Source: an uncultured Myxococcales bacterium (lineage in GTDB: Bacteria; UBA10199; 2-02-FULL-44-16; JAAZCA01). From it: a stretch of DNA of 51,505 nt. Below are positions 29,625 through 36,851 of this stretch, piece by piece. Position 1 is the stretch's first letter, and every line of letters begins with the position of its first letter. A program made the position numbers and the translations under genes. The notes beneath the pieces were generated by a model that saw only the letters and a program-made list of their open reading frames with translations, did no database searches and had not been told where the DNA came from. The stretch spans positions 1 through 51,505 of the forward strand of contig CAYPII010000003.1 of NCBI GenBank assembly GCA_964410765.1. Direction: 5' to 3'.

Positions 29625-30595
29625 CGCGGGATGTGCGCTGCGAGCTCTGCTTCCGCTTCTGCCGCATTCCGCCCGGGGGGCGCGGCGACTGCCGCGTGCG
29701 CTACAACCGCGACGGCGAGCTCGTTTCCCTCGTCTACGGCAAGCCCTGCGCCGTGCACGTCGACCCGATCGAGAAGAAGCCGCTCTATCATGTCCTCCCC
29801 GGTTCGCGCGCCTTCTCGATCGCCACCGCCGGCTGCAACGGACACTGCCGCTACTGCCAGAACTGGGAGATCAGCCAGCGCCCGCCGGAGGAGACCGACA
29901 ACGTCGACCTCCCCCCGCAGGCGGTCGTCGCCGGCGCGCGCGAGAGCCGCTCGGCCTCGATCGCCTATACCTACACCGACCCCAACATCTTCTACGAATA
30001 CGCGTACGATACGGCGGCGATCGCACGCGAGCGGGGCTTCAAGAACCTGCTCGTCACAGCGGGGTTCCTCAACGAAAAACCACTGCGCCGGCTCTGTCGC
30101 GTCATCGATGCGGCCAACCTCGACGTCAAGGGCAACGCCGCATTCTACCGCGAGATCGTGCGCGCCGAGCTCAAACCGGTGGAGCGCTTTCTTCGCGTCT
30201 GTCGGGAGGAGGGGGTCTTTGTCGAACTCACGAACCTCATCGTCCCGACGCTCAACGACGCGGAGGCCGACATCCGCTGGCTCGTCGAGCGGGTGCTTCA
30301 GCTCGCCGGACCCGATACGCCGCTGCACTTCTCGCGCTTTCATCCGACCTATCAGCTCGCGCACCTCTATCCGACGCCGGCGGAGACGCTCCTCGGCGCG
30401 GCGGAAGCGGCGCAGGCGATGGGGATGCACTACGTCTACGTGGGGAACCTGCGCACCGATCGCTTTCAGCACACGATCTGTCCTGCGTGCGGCGAGGTCG
30501 TCATCCGGCGGCGCGGCTATCTCCGGCCAACGGTGACGCTGCGCGACGGACGCTGTCCCGCATGTGGCGAGCGTATTCCGGGGATATGGAAATGA
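29621..30595 (+). CDS. AmmeMemoRadiSam system radical SAM enzyme
   Basis: N-terminal Cys cluster C.LC..C.I..G..G.C, DPIEKKPLYH, and the radical SAM motif GCNGHCRYCQNWEIS. Confidence 0.88.
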   Translation: MTRDVRCELCFRFCRIPPGGRGDCRVRYNRDGELVSLVYGKPCAVHVDPIEKKPLYHVLPGSRAFSIATAGCNGHCRYCQNWEISQRPPEETDNVDLPPQAVVAGARESRSASIAYTYTDPNIFYEYAYDTAAIARERGFKNLLVTAGFLNEKPLRRLCRVIDAANLDVKGNAAFYREIVRAELKPVERFLRVCREEGVFVELTNLIVPTLNDAEADIRWLVERVLQLAGPDTPLHFSRFHPTYQLAHLYPTPAETLLGAAEAAQAMGMHYVYVGNLRTDRFQHTICPACGEVVIRRRGYLRPTVTLRDGRCPACGERIPGIWK

Positions 30596-30606
30596 AGGGG
30601 GACGAT

Positions 30607-30768
30607 ATGCGGATGACACGACGGCAGTTCGGCCTGGGGCTTCTGGGGACGATCGCGTCCTTCCTCCTCGGCGGGTGGTGGCTCCGGCGTCGAGGGGAGG
30701 AGCCGCGCGTACCGGCCTCATCCAATCGCGCGCGCTTCTGGCGACGCGCCGATCACCTGGCGGGATAG
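30607..30768 (+). CDS. Mini-ORF consisting essentially of a twin-arginine signal peptide (53 aa)
   Basis: MRMTRRQFGLGLLGTIASFLLGGWW, then a short basic tail. SD AGGGGG lies 5 nt upstream, GC3 is high, and it fills the gap between the rSAM and Memo genes. Confidence 0.5.
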   Translation: MRMTRRQFGLGLLGTIASFLLGGWWLRRRGEEPRVPASSNRARFWRRADHLAG

Positions 30769-30775
30769 GAGGTGT

Positions 30776-32215
30776 ATGATGAAGAGACTCCTTTTGATGT
30801 GCGCGACGGCAGTGCTTATCGTTTTCCTCATCGCCGCTCCGCTCATTGCGAAATCGAAGCGGGTACAGAAACCCGTCGTCGCCGGGACCTTCTACCCGGC
30901 ATCGAAGAGGGAGCTGCGCGCGCAGGTGCGTCGCTTCCTAGCCGAAGCCCCGCGGCGCTCCTATGACGGGCGCGTGATCGGCGTCATCTCGCCGCATGCG
31001 GGGTATCGCTATTCGGGCGTCGTGGCGGGGGCGGCCTTTCGCCAGCTCCAGGACCGCGGCTTTACGCGCGCCATCGTCATCGCCCCGGCGCACCGCGCCC
31101 CGATCGCCGGGATGGCCCTCCTCGATGCGGATGCCTACGAGACGCCGCTCGGGAAGATCCCGATCGACCGAAAGGCGGTGCAGTCCTTTGCGAAAAAACA
31201 CGCGTGGGCATCGATCGATGCGAAGCCCTTTCAGAAGGAGCACGCCCTCGAGGTGGAGTTCCCCTTTCTGCAGGAGGCGCTGGGCGCTTTTACGCTCGTG
31301 CCGATCCTCGCCGGTCGAGCGGAGAAGGAGACGCTCGACGCAATCGCCGAGGCGATTCGTGCCGAGCTGCTCGATGAACGGACCGCGCTCGTGATCTCCA
31401 GCGACCTCTCGCACTATCATTCCTACGCGCAGGCGCGAAAGCGCGACCGCGCCACGCTCGAACTCATCTGTGAAAAGAAGGCAGCGCCTTATCTGACGGC
31501 AGTCCAGACCGACAAGGTGGAGCTCTGCGGTGCGTTGCCGGTCTATCTGATGAAGCGCATCGTCGAGGCGGAGGGGGGATCGCTGGAGCTGATCGAGTAT
31601 GCGAATTCCGGCGATACGGCGGGTGATCGCTCACGCGTCGTGGGCTATGCGGCGCTCGCCGCCGTCGTCCCGGGCGGGATGCTCACGACGAAGCAAAAGG
31701 GGAAGCTGCTCGCACTCGCGCGTGGGAGCGTCGAGGCCCACGTGCGCGGCAAGAAACTCCCGCCCCTGCCGAAGGATGCAGTGCTCAAGCGTGAGGGGGC
31801 GGCCTTCGTCACGCTTCGGAAAAAAGGAGAGCTGCGCGGCTGCATCGGGCAGATCATCGCGACCGGACCACTCGATCAAGCCGTACAGAAGATGGCAGTC
31901 GCCGCGTCGTCGAACGACCCGCGCTTTTCGCCGGTGCGCCTCGACGAGCTGGGCGATCTCTCGGTGGAGGTCTCCGTCCTCACCCCGCCGGAGCCGCTGC
32001 CCGATCCTCGTGCAGTACGCCTGGGTACCGACGGGCTCATCGTCGAGAAGCGAATGCATCGCGGTGTCCTGCTCCCACAGGTGCCGACCGAACAGGGGTG
32101 GACCAAGCACGAGTACCTTGCAGGGATCTGTCGCAAGGCGGGGCTCCCCCCGGCCTGCTGGAAGGACGCACGGCTCGAGCGCTTTCAGGCGATCGTCTTC
32201 GGGGAGCACGAATAA
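30776..32215 (+). CDS. Memo (AmmeMemoRadiSam protein B) - AMMECR1 (protein A) fusion with an N-terminal signal peptide or anchor
   Basis: N-terminal hydrophobic LLLMCATAVLIVFLIAAPLIA. Memo motifs VAGTFYP, SPHAGYRYSG and SSDLSHYH. AMMECR1 motifs GAAFVTLRKKGELRGCIGQI and DPRFSPV. Confidence 0.88.
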   Translation: MMKRLLLMCATAVLIVFLIAAPLIAKSKRVQKPVVAGTFYPASKRELRAQVRRFLAEAPRRSYDGRVIGVISPHAGYRYSGVVAGAAFRQLQDRGFTRAIVIAPAHRAPIAGMALLDADAYETPLGKIPIDRKAVQSFAKKHAWASIDAKPFQKEHALEVEFPFLQEALGAFTLVPILAGRAEKETLDAIAEAIRAELLDERTALVISSDLSHYHSYAQARKRDRATLELICEKKAAPYLTAVQTDKVELCGALPVYLMKRIVEAEGGSLELIEYANSGDTAGDRSRVVGYAALAAVVPGGMLTTKQKGKLLALARGSVEAHVRGKKLPPLPKDAVLKREGAAFVTLRKKGELRGCIGQIIATGPLDQAVQKMAVAASSNDPRFSPVRLDELGDLSVEVSVLTPPEPLPDPRAVRLGTDGLIVEKRMHRGVLLPQVPTEQGWTKHEYLAGICRKAGLPPACWKDARLERFQAIVFGEHE

Positions 32216-32223
32216 GAGATGAA

Positions 32224-32290
32224 TGTCATCCCCGAGAGTTTTCATCGGGGATCCAGTCTGGATTCCCGACTACACCACTCGGGAATGACA
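32224..32290. repeat. REP/MITE-like element copy D: two inverted TGTCAT-hairpin-ATCC units
   Basis: Left unit TGTCATCCCCGA..TCGGGGATCC (32224-32254) and right unit GGATTCCCGA..TCGGGAATGACA (32260-32290). Each has a perfect 8-bp stem, and the termini match as inverted repeats at 11 of 12 positions. It overlaps the last 7 codons of tatC. Confidence 0.6.
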
Positions 32291-33010
32291 ATCTTTTCGC
32301 CACACCCTTCCCACCAGCAGGCCGAGTTCAAAGAGCAGGATGAGCGGCAACGCCAGGGCGATCTGTGTGAAGACGTCGGGTGGGGTGAGAAGTGCAGCGA
32401 GGACGAAGGCGCCGACGACCGCGTAGGGGCGCGCACGCGTGACGCGTACAGACGTCACGAGCCCCAAGCGGATGGCGAGCGCGAGCGCGACGGGGAGCTC
32501 GAAGGCGATGCCGAAGGCGAGGGTGAGGCGCAGAACGATCGCGACGCTCTCGCTCATGCGCGGCAGATAGCTGACCCCCGACGCGGCCATGAGCTCCACC
32601 CCCCAGGCAGCGGCGCGCGGGATGATGAACGCGAAGCAAAAGGCCGCGCCACCGACGAAGAGCAGTCCCGTGACGATGCCGCCCGCGATTGCACGACGAC
32701 GCACGCTGTGTGGCAGCGCGGGGGCGGCGAAGGCGAAGAGCTGCGCGGCCCAGATGGGGGCGGCGAGTATCACACCGCCGACGCAGGCGATCTGGAAGAG
32801 GACAATCCACGACTCGAAGGGGGTGAAGGCGACGAAGGACTGCCCTGGCTGAAGCAAACGGGCGAGCGGTGCGGTGATCAGCCGAAAGAGCGTGGGTGCC
32901 AGGGGGAGCAGCGCCGCGGCGCCGACAAGGATAGCGGCGAGTGAGACGACGAGGCGGCGGCGCAGCTCCGCGAGGTGCGCGGAGAGCGGGAGGGGACGGT
33001 CATCCGACAT
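32270..33010 (-). CDS. tatC: Twin-arginine translocase subunit TatC
   Basis: N-terminal LSAHLAELRRRL and six TM segments. 246 aa. Confidence 0.9.
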   Translation of the reverse strand: MSDDRPLPLSAHLAELRRRLVVSLAAILVGAAALLPLAPTLFRLITAPLARLLQPGQSFVAFTPFESWIVLFQIACVGGVILAAPIWAAQLFAFAAPALPHSVRRRAIAGGIVTGLLFVGGAAFCFAFIIPRAAAWGVELMAASGVSYLPRMSESVAIVLRLTLAFGIAFELPVALALAIRLGLVTSVRVTRARPYAVVGAFVLAALLTPPDVFTQIALALPLILLFELGLLVGRVWRKDCHSRVV

Positions 33011-33167
33011 CGGCGCGCTCCGTCAGGATTCCTCGCTCTGGATCGAGCGGCGCAGCGTGCCCCACGGTGCGCGCGAGGTCGGGGAGGCGCTTCGCGCCGA
33101 AGAGCAGGACGACGACGAGCGCCACGACAGCGATCTCCCAAAAACCAGGTCGAAGGAAGGCGATCAT
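33000..33167 (-). CDS. tatA: Twin-arginine translocase subunit TatA/E (atypical C-terminus)
   Basis: WEIAVVALVVVLLFGAKRLPDLARTVG, with SD AAGGAGG upstream of ATG 33167. The region after the hinge does not look like the usual amphipathic helix. Confidence 0.75.
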   Translation of the reverse strand: MIAFLRPGFWEIAVVALVVVLLFGAKRLPDLARTVGHAAPLDPERGILTERADVG

Positions 33168-33231
33168 GGAGACCTCCTTGCAAAAGATGTCCTCGCATAC
33201 CATAGGGAGAAGGACCTGTCACGGGAGGGAT

Positions 33232-33669
33232 ATGGCCCACCTGATCGTCGATGGCTACAACGCGATACGACGCATTCCGCGCCTGCGGACAGCGGAGCGC
33301 GCGTCGCTCGCGGAGGGGCGCGAGGCGCTGCTGCTGGAGCTGGAGGCCTTTGGCGCGGCGAGCGGCCACCACATCGTCTGCGTCTTCGACGGCGCGGGCT
33401 TTCCCGGGCCCGCCGAGGAGCGCGACGAACTGGAGCGCTTCGCTGGCGTCGACGTCGTCTTCTCGCGGCCAGGACGACCGGCCGACGACCTCGTCGTGGA
33501 GTGGGTGCGGCGCGGACAGAACGGCGCGCTCACCGGCGGGGTGCCGGAGGAGGTCATCGTCGTCAGCGCCGATGGGGAGATTCGCCGCGAGGCGATGGGA
33601 CTCGGGGCCTTCGTGATCGATCCGATGACACTGGCCGCCGCCTTCGACGGCGAGCCGCTCACCTTCTAA
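33232..33669 (+). CDS. NYN-domain / YacP-like (Rae1-type) putative RNase
   Basis: LIVDGYN near the N-terminus and ADDLVVEW...VVSAD later. SD GGGAGGGA lies before ATG 33232. Confidence 0.7.
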   Translation: MAHLIVDGYNAIRRIPRLRTAERASLAEGREALLLELEAFGAASGHHIVCVFDGAGFPGPAEERDELERFAGVDVVFSRPGRPADDLVVEWVRRGQNGALTGGVPEEVIVVSADGEIRREAMGLGAFVIDPMTLAAAFDGEPLTF

Positions 33670-33673
33670 CGGT

Positions 33674-34090
33674 CTATTTCTTCGAAGAGCTCTTCGTCGA
33701 CTTCGATGTCGTGGAGCGCTTCTTCGCCGCCTTCTTCGCTGTCCGCTTCTGCTCCTTCTCCTGATTCACGACGGTGAACGTGGAGAGCTCCTTCTCGGCG
33801 CGCTCCGCTGCTTCTTCCAGCTCAGAGATGCGGGTGATGAGCGTGGCCATGGAGGGGGTGATTGCCACCGTCTTTCCGCCGTTGCGTGCGGCGGTGTGGA
33901 CCATTTCGCCCAGGTCGTGCAGCGCGCGGTAGACGTCGTAGCGGTTGCGCTTGAGCGTCATGTGGAGTCGCGCCGCGCTCGCGGTGGTGTTGGCGATGTG
34001 CTCCGCCTCGTTCGCGCCGGTGCGCAGGAGCATCAGCCCCTCTTCGATCAGCTTCTTTGCGCGCGTCTGAACGTCTTCCCAGTGCGGCAT
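33674..34090 (-). CDS. Hypothetical helical protein with a Lys/Ser-rich basic tail
   Basis: 138 aa with C-terminal KRTAKKAAKKRSTTSKSTKSSSKK (histone-H1-like). SD AAAGGAGG lies upstream. Confidence 0.65.
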   Translation of the reverse strand: MPHWEDVQTRAKKLIEEGLMLLRTGANEAEHIANTTASAARLHMTLKRNRYDVYRALHDLGEMVHTAARNGGKTVAITPSMATLITRISELEEAAERAEKELSTFTVVNQEKEQKRTAKKAAKKRSTTSKSTKSSSKK

Positions 34091-34156
34091 GCGGTGCCTC
34101 CTTTGCGAGCGGCTACTATACCCGTCGGCGATGGAAATTCAAATGGATCGATCTGC

Positions 34157-35044
34157 TCAGTGCAGCTTCTTGATCAGACAGCACTGCGCGTAGGGGCGAC
34201 CGCTTCCGCAGGGGCAGGTCATGTGGCGCGCGGCCGCCGCGAGTGCGCGCGCAGAGCCAGCCGCGCCGGGTCCCCCCTTCGCGCGGCCGTCTTCGCTCTC
34301 CCAGCGCATCTGGCGGCGGCGGATCTCCGCCGGTTCGTAGAAGATGAACCAGTCCTGCGTATAGAGCTCCATGCCGCGGCGCGGGCTGGCGAGCTCCCCC
34401 TCGATGCCGTCGGGGGTGAAGGCGGGGCGGTAGTCCTCCTGTTGCTGCATCCGCTCCAGCTCCTCGCGCGCGAGCTCCATCAGCCAGGGCTTGGCGTCGG
34501 CGCGGCGAAAGTCGAGCAGGACGTAGGCGGCGCTCCGGCGCGCGCCGTACTCTTCGCTGCAATCCTTCAGGATGGAGAGGAGCAGGGCCATCACCTCCTC
34601 CTCGCGGTCCGAATCGCGCACGGCATGGCCGCCCAGCGCATCCATGGCGATGGAGCGCGCCGACCAGCCAGCACTCCGGTCCAAGGCGACGGCGAAGAGC
34701 GGGCGGGAGGATATCTCGCCCAGCGAGCTGAGGATCGAGGGGAGGTCTTCGGTCACCCATTCGTTGTCGTAGGCGTCCGACCAGCGTAGCGCTGACAGGA
34801 GCGGGACCAGTGCGCGTTCGCCCCCGATGGCGCCGACGAGATAGGTGGCGTGCACGGTCGCCCACCAGTCGGGGAGCTCGGCGGTCCAGGTGGTGCGGTC
34901 GAGGAGGATATCGCCGAGTGGCTCGATGAGCTCCTCGCCGCGACGGACGATCTCGTCGACGGCCGCGTGCGGCAGGCGGTCCTCCTCGGTGAAGAGGAGG
35001 TCGATGAGCTCGTCGTTCGTTGCCTTGCGATAATCCTTCGCCAT
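34157..35044 (-). CDS. DUF1186-like protein with a C-terminal SEC-C metal-binding motif
   Basis: C-terminal CPCGSGRPYAQCC. Confidence 0.75.
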   Translation of the reverse strand: MAKDYRKATNDELIDLLFTEEDRLPHAAVDEIVRRGEELIEPLGDILLDRTTWTAELPDWWATVHATYLVGAIGGERALVPLLSALRWSDAYDNEWVTEDLPSILSSLGEISSRPLFAVALDRSAGWSARSIAMDALGGHAVRDSDREEEVMALLLSILKDCSEEYGARRSAAYVLLDFRRADAKPWLMELAREELERMQQQEDYRPAFTPDGIEGELASPRRGMELYTQDWFIFYEPAEIRRRQMRWESEDGRAKGGPGAAGSARALAAAARHMTCPCGSGRPYAQCCLIKKLH

Positions 35045-35131
35045 GGCGCTCCCGGGGCGCGATCGCCCATGCAGAGGGCTTCTAACGCCCCCCTTCGGCT
35101 GGAAGCAAGCGAAATATGGGCGTTCTTCGGT

Positions 35132-35551
35132 ATGAAAAGGGTTGCGGGGGGTGATGGCGGCGCTATCATGGCGGCCATGTGGCGGCTGCTGACCATGCCA
35201 AAGCTCCTGGGGCGGCCGCTCGGCGCCTGGATCGCGCTGGGGGCGCTGCTCTTCGCGAGCGTGCGCGTCGGCGGCGGTCTGCTTGCGTTGGCAGGGGGGT
35301 GCGGCTGTGGGGTGCTGGTAACGCGCGCGATGCTCATAGTCGAAGCGCCGGTGCTGATTATCGCGATTGTCGCCCTGATTCGGCGGTGGCTGATGGCGCG
35401 CCTCTTCGGGGGGATGGCGATGGCGCTCCTGGCGGCGCGATCGGTCGAATTCCTCGATATCGTTGGGATCTTCGTTGCCGTCGCGGGACTGCTCTCGCTC
35501 ATCGCGATCCGCCGTTGGTACGACGAGCGCCTCCCGCGGATGGGCTGGTAA
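35132..35551 (+). CDS. Small polytopic membrane protein (start uncertain: 35132, 35168 or 35177)
   Basis: Several hydrophobic segments and high GC3 in this frame. The overlapping minus-strand ORF is Ser/Arg/Ala-rich junk. Confidence 0.5.
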   Translation: MKRVAGGDGGAIMAAMWRLLTMPKLLGRPLGAWIALGALLFASVRVGGGLLALAGGCGCGVLVTRAMLIVEAPVLIIAIVALIRRWLMARLFGGMAMALLAARSVEFLDIVGIFVAVAGLLSLIAIRRWYDERLPRMGW

Positions 35552-35613
35552 CCCCGTCCCGAGGGACTTTACAGGAAAACCGAAGGGTGCTAGGGAGTGC
35601 CGGCTTTCGCGGA

Positions 35614-35645
35614 TGTCATTGCGAGTCCGCAGGGCGAAGCAATCC
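35614..35645. repeat. REP-like unit copy C (TGTCATTGCGAGTCCGCAGGGCGAAGCAATCC)
   Basis: Same TGTCAT...ATCC architecture as the units at 32224, 32260 (reverse complement), 41189 (reverse complement) and 101 (reverse complement). Confidence 0.5.
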
Positions 35646-35675
35646 AGATGTAGCGGCTCTTTGAAGATATGATAC

Positions 35676-35752
35676 TCCGGAGTAGCTCAGTTGGTTAGAG
35701 CGGCTGACTGTTAATCAGTAGGTCGCCGGTTCGAGTCCGGCCTCCGGAGCCA
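35676..35752 (+). tRNA. tRNA-Asn (anticodon GTT), CCA encoded
   Basis: Cloverleaf read by hand: acceptor TCCGGAG/CTCCGGA, D-arm GCTCAGTTGGTTAGAGC, anticodon loop CTGTTAA, T-arm GCCGGTTCGAGTCCGGC. Confidence 0.93.
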
Positions 35753-35760
35753 AAAGAAAA

Positions 35761-35798
35761 AGGGGACATGTACTTGTTACGTGTCCCCTTTTTCTTTT
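35761..35798 (+). terminator. Rho-independent terminator after tRNA-Asn
   Basis: AGGGGACA...TGTCCCCT stem followed by TTTTTCTTTT. Confidence 0.75.
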
Positions 35799-35959
35799 GG
35801 TTTTGGGTGCCGAGGCGAGAACAGCAGCCCGCAGGGCTGCTGTTCGCACGCCGATGTTGAGCTGCGGGCGTGGTGTTTACGGCTGCAGCGATTACAGCGG
35901 CGGGTCCTTGGAGTGCTCGAGAAATTCCGCAGGAATTTCGAAGAGCGTTTACGGAGAGG

Positions 35960-35979
35960 GAGTCCGGCCTCCGGAGCCA
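35960..35979 (+). repeat. Direct repeat of the tRNA-Asn 3' end (att-like scar)
   Basis: GAGTCCGGCCTCCGGAGCCA is identical to 35733-35752. Similarity continues imperfectly for about 15 nt (AAAGAAAAAGGGGAC versus CGAAGAAAGGGAC). Confidence 0.7.
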
Positions 35980-36011
35980 CGAAGAAAGGGACCCTGCGGC
36001 TGCGCCCGATC

Positions 36012-36092
36012 CTAGGCACGGGCCGCAGTGCCGGGGAGGAGCGCGAAGAGGAGGGGGAGGACGAGCGAGAGGGCAAGGATGGCTTGACGCAT
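36012..36092 (-). CDS. 26-codon ORF encoding only a signal-peptide-like segment (MRQAILALSLVLPLLFALLPGTAARA)
   Basis: Strong SD GAAGGAGG 5 nt upstream of the ATG, which starts 10 nt after the HAD gene stop. It ends next to the att-like repeat. Confidence 0.4.
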   Translation of the reverse strand: MRQAILALSLVLPLLFALLPGTAARA

Positions 36093-36102
36093 GATACCTC
36101 CT

Positions 36103-36756
36103 TCAGCCGATGAGGGCGAGCAGCCCGTCGGGCCGTTCGATGAGCTCCGCGGCGCCCGCGGCGGTGAGCTCATCGGCACCGCGAAAGCCCCACAGCGCCC
36201 CGACCGGATACATCCCGGCGGCTGCGGCGGTCTGCATGTCGACGCCCGAATCGCCGAGATAGAGGAAGCGCTTCGGCGGAAGCGCCATGCGCTCCGCGAT
36301 GGCGAGGGCACCGGCGGGATCGGGTTTGATCGGATAATCACCCGCGCCGACGACGGCGGCAAATAGCCAGCGCTTCAGAAAATGCGCGACCGCCTCTTCG
36401 GTGAAGTCGTGCGGTTTGTTCGAGAGGACGGCGAGACGGATCCCGCGCTCCACGAGCGCGTCGAGCATCTTTGCGATTTCGGGATAGGGGCGCGTTTTTC
36501 TCCTCCAGCAGCGACCGTATTCCGCGCGCACCGCGAGCCCCGTCGTCGCCAGCGTCGTGGCGTCACGGCGATCGGCGGGGAGGGCCTGTTCGACGAGGCG
36601 CACGACCCCCTCGCCGACGAAGCGTTTGTAGGCCTCCGTTTCGTGCGTCGGAAGGCCCGCGCGTGTGAGGACCGCGTTGACCGCATCGGCGATGTCCGCC
36701 AGCGTGTCGAGCAGCGTCCCATCGAGATCGAAGAGGACGGCGTCGAATCGTGCCAT
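36103..36756 (-). CDS. HAD-superfamily hydrolase (phosphoglycolate phosphatase-like)
   Basis: Motif I FDLDGTLLDT, motif SNK, and GDSGVDMQTA. Confidence 0.88.
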   Translation of the reverse strand: MARFDAVLFDLDGTLLDTLADIADAVNAVLTRAGLPTHETEAYKRFVGEGVVRLVEQALPADRRDATTLATTGLAVRAEYGRCWRRKTRPYPEIAKMLDALVERGIRLAVLSNKPHDFTEEAVAHFLKRWLFAAVVGAGDYPIKPDPAGALAIAERMALPPKRFLYLGDSGVDMQTAAAAGMYPVGALWGFRGADELTAAGAAELIERPDGLLALIG

Positions 36757-36851
36757 GCCGCGACATTTGCGGATAGACGCGCACTTTGCAAGCGCCGCCG
36801 TGCATGTGCGAAAGGGCTGGCCCGAAGAGCCCGGTGTGCTATAGGAGGATC

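Noticed and set aside
32219-33764. Plus-strand ORFs 32219-32944 and 32874-33764 overlapping tatC and tatA.
   Set aside because: Arg/Gly/Glu-rich junk translations opposite clear TatC/TatA frames. Only the 33232-33669 part of the 32941-33669 frame (the NYN protein) is accepted.
35676-36100. Search for an integrase, transposase or other mobile genes next to the tRNA-Asn att-like duplication.
   Set aside because: No such ORF exists within the window on either side. Only the repeat scar is reported.
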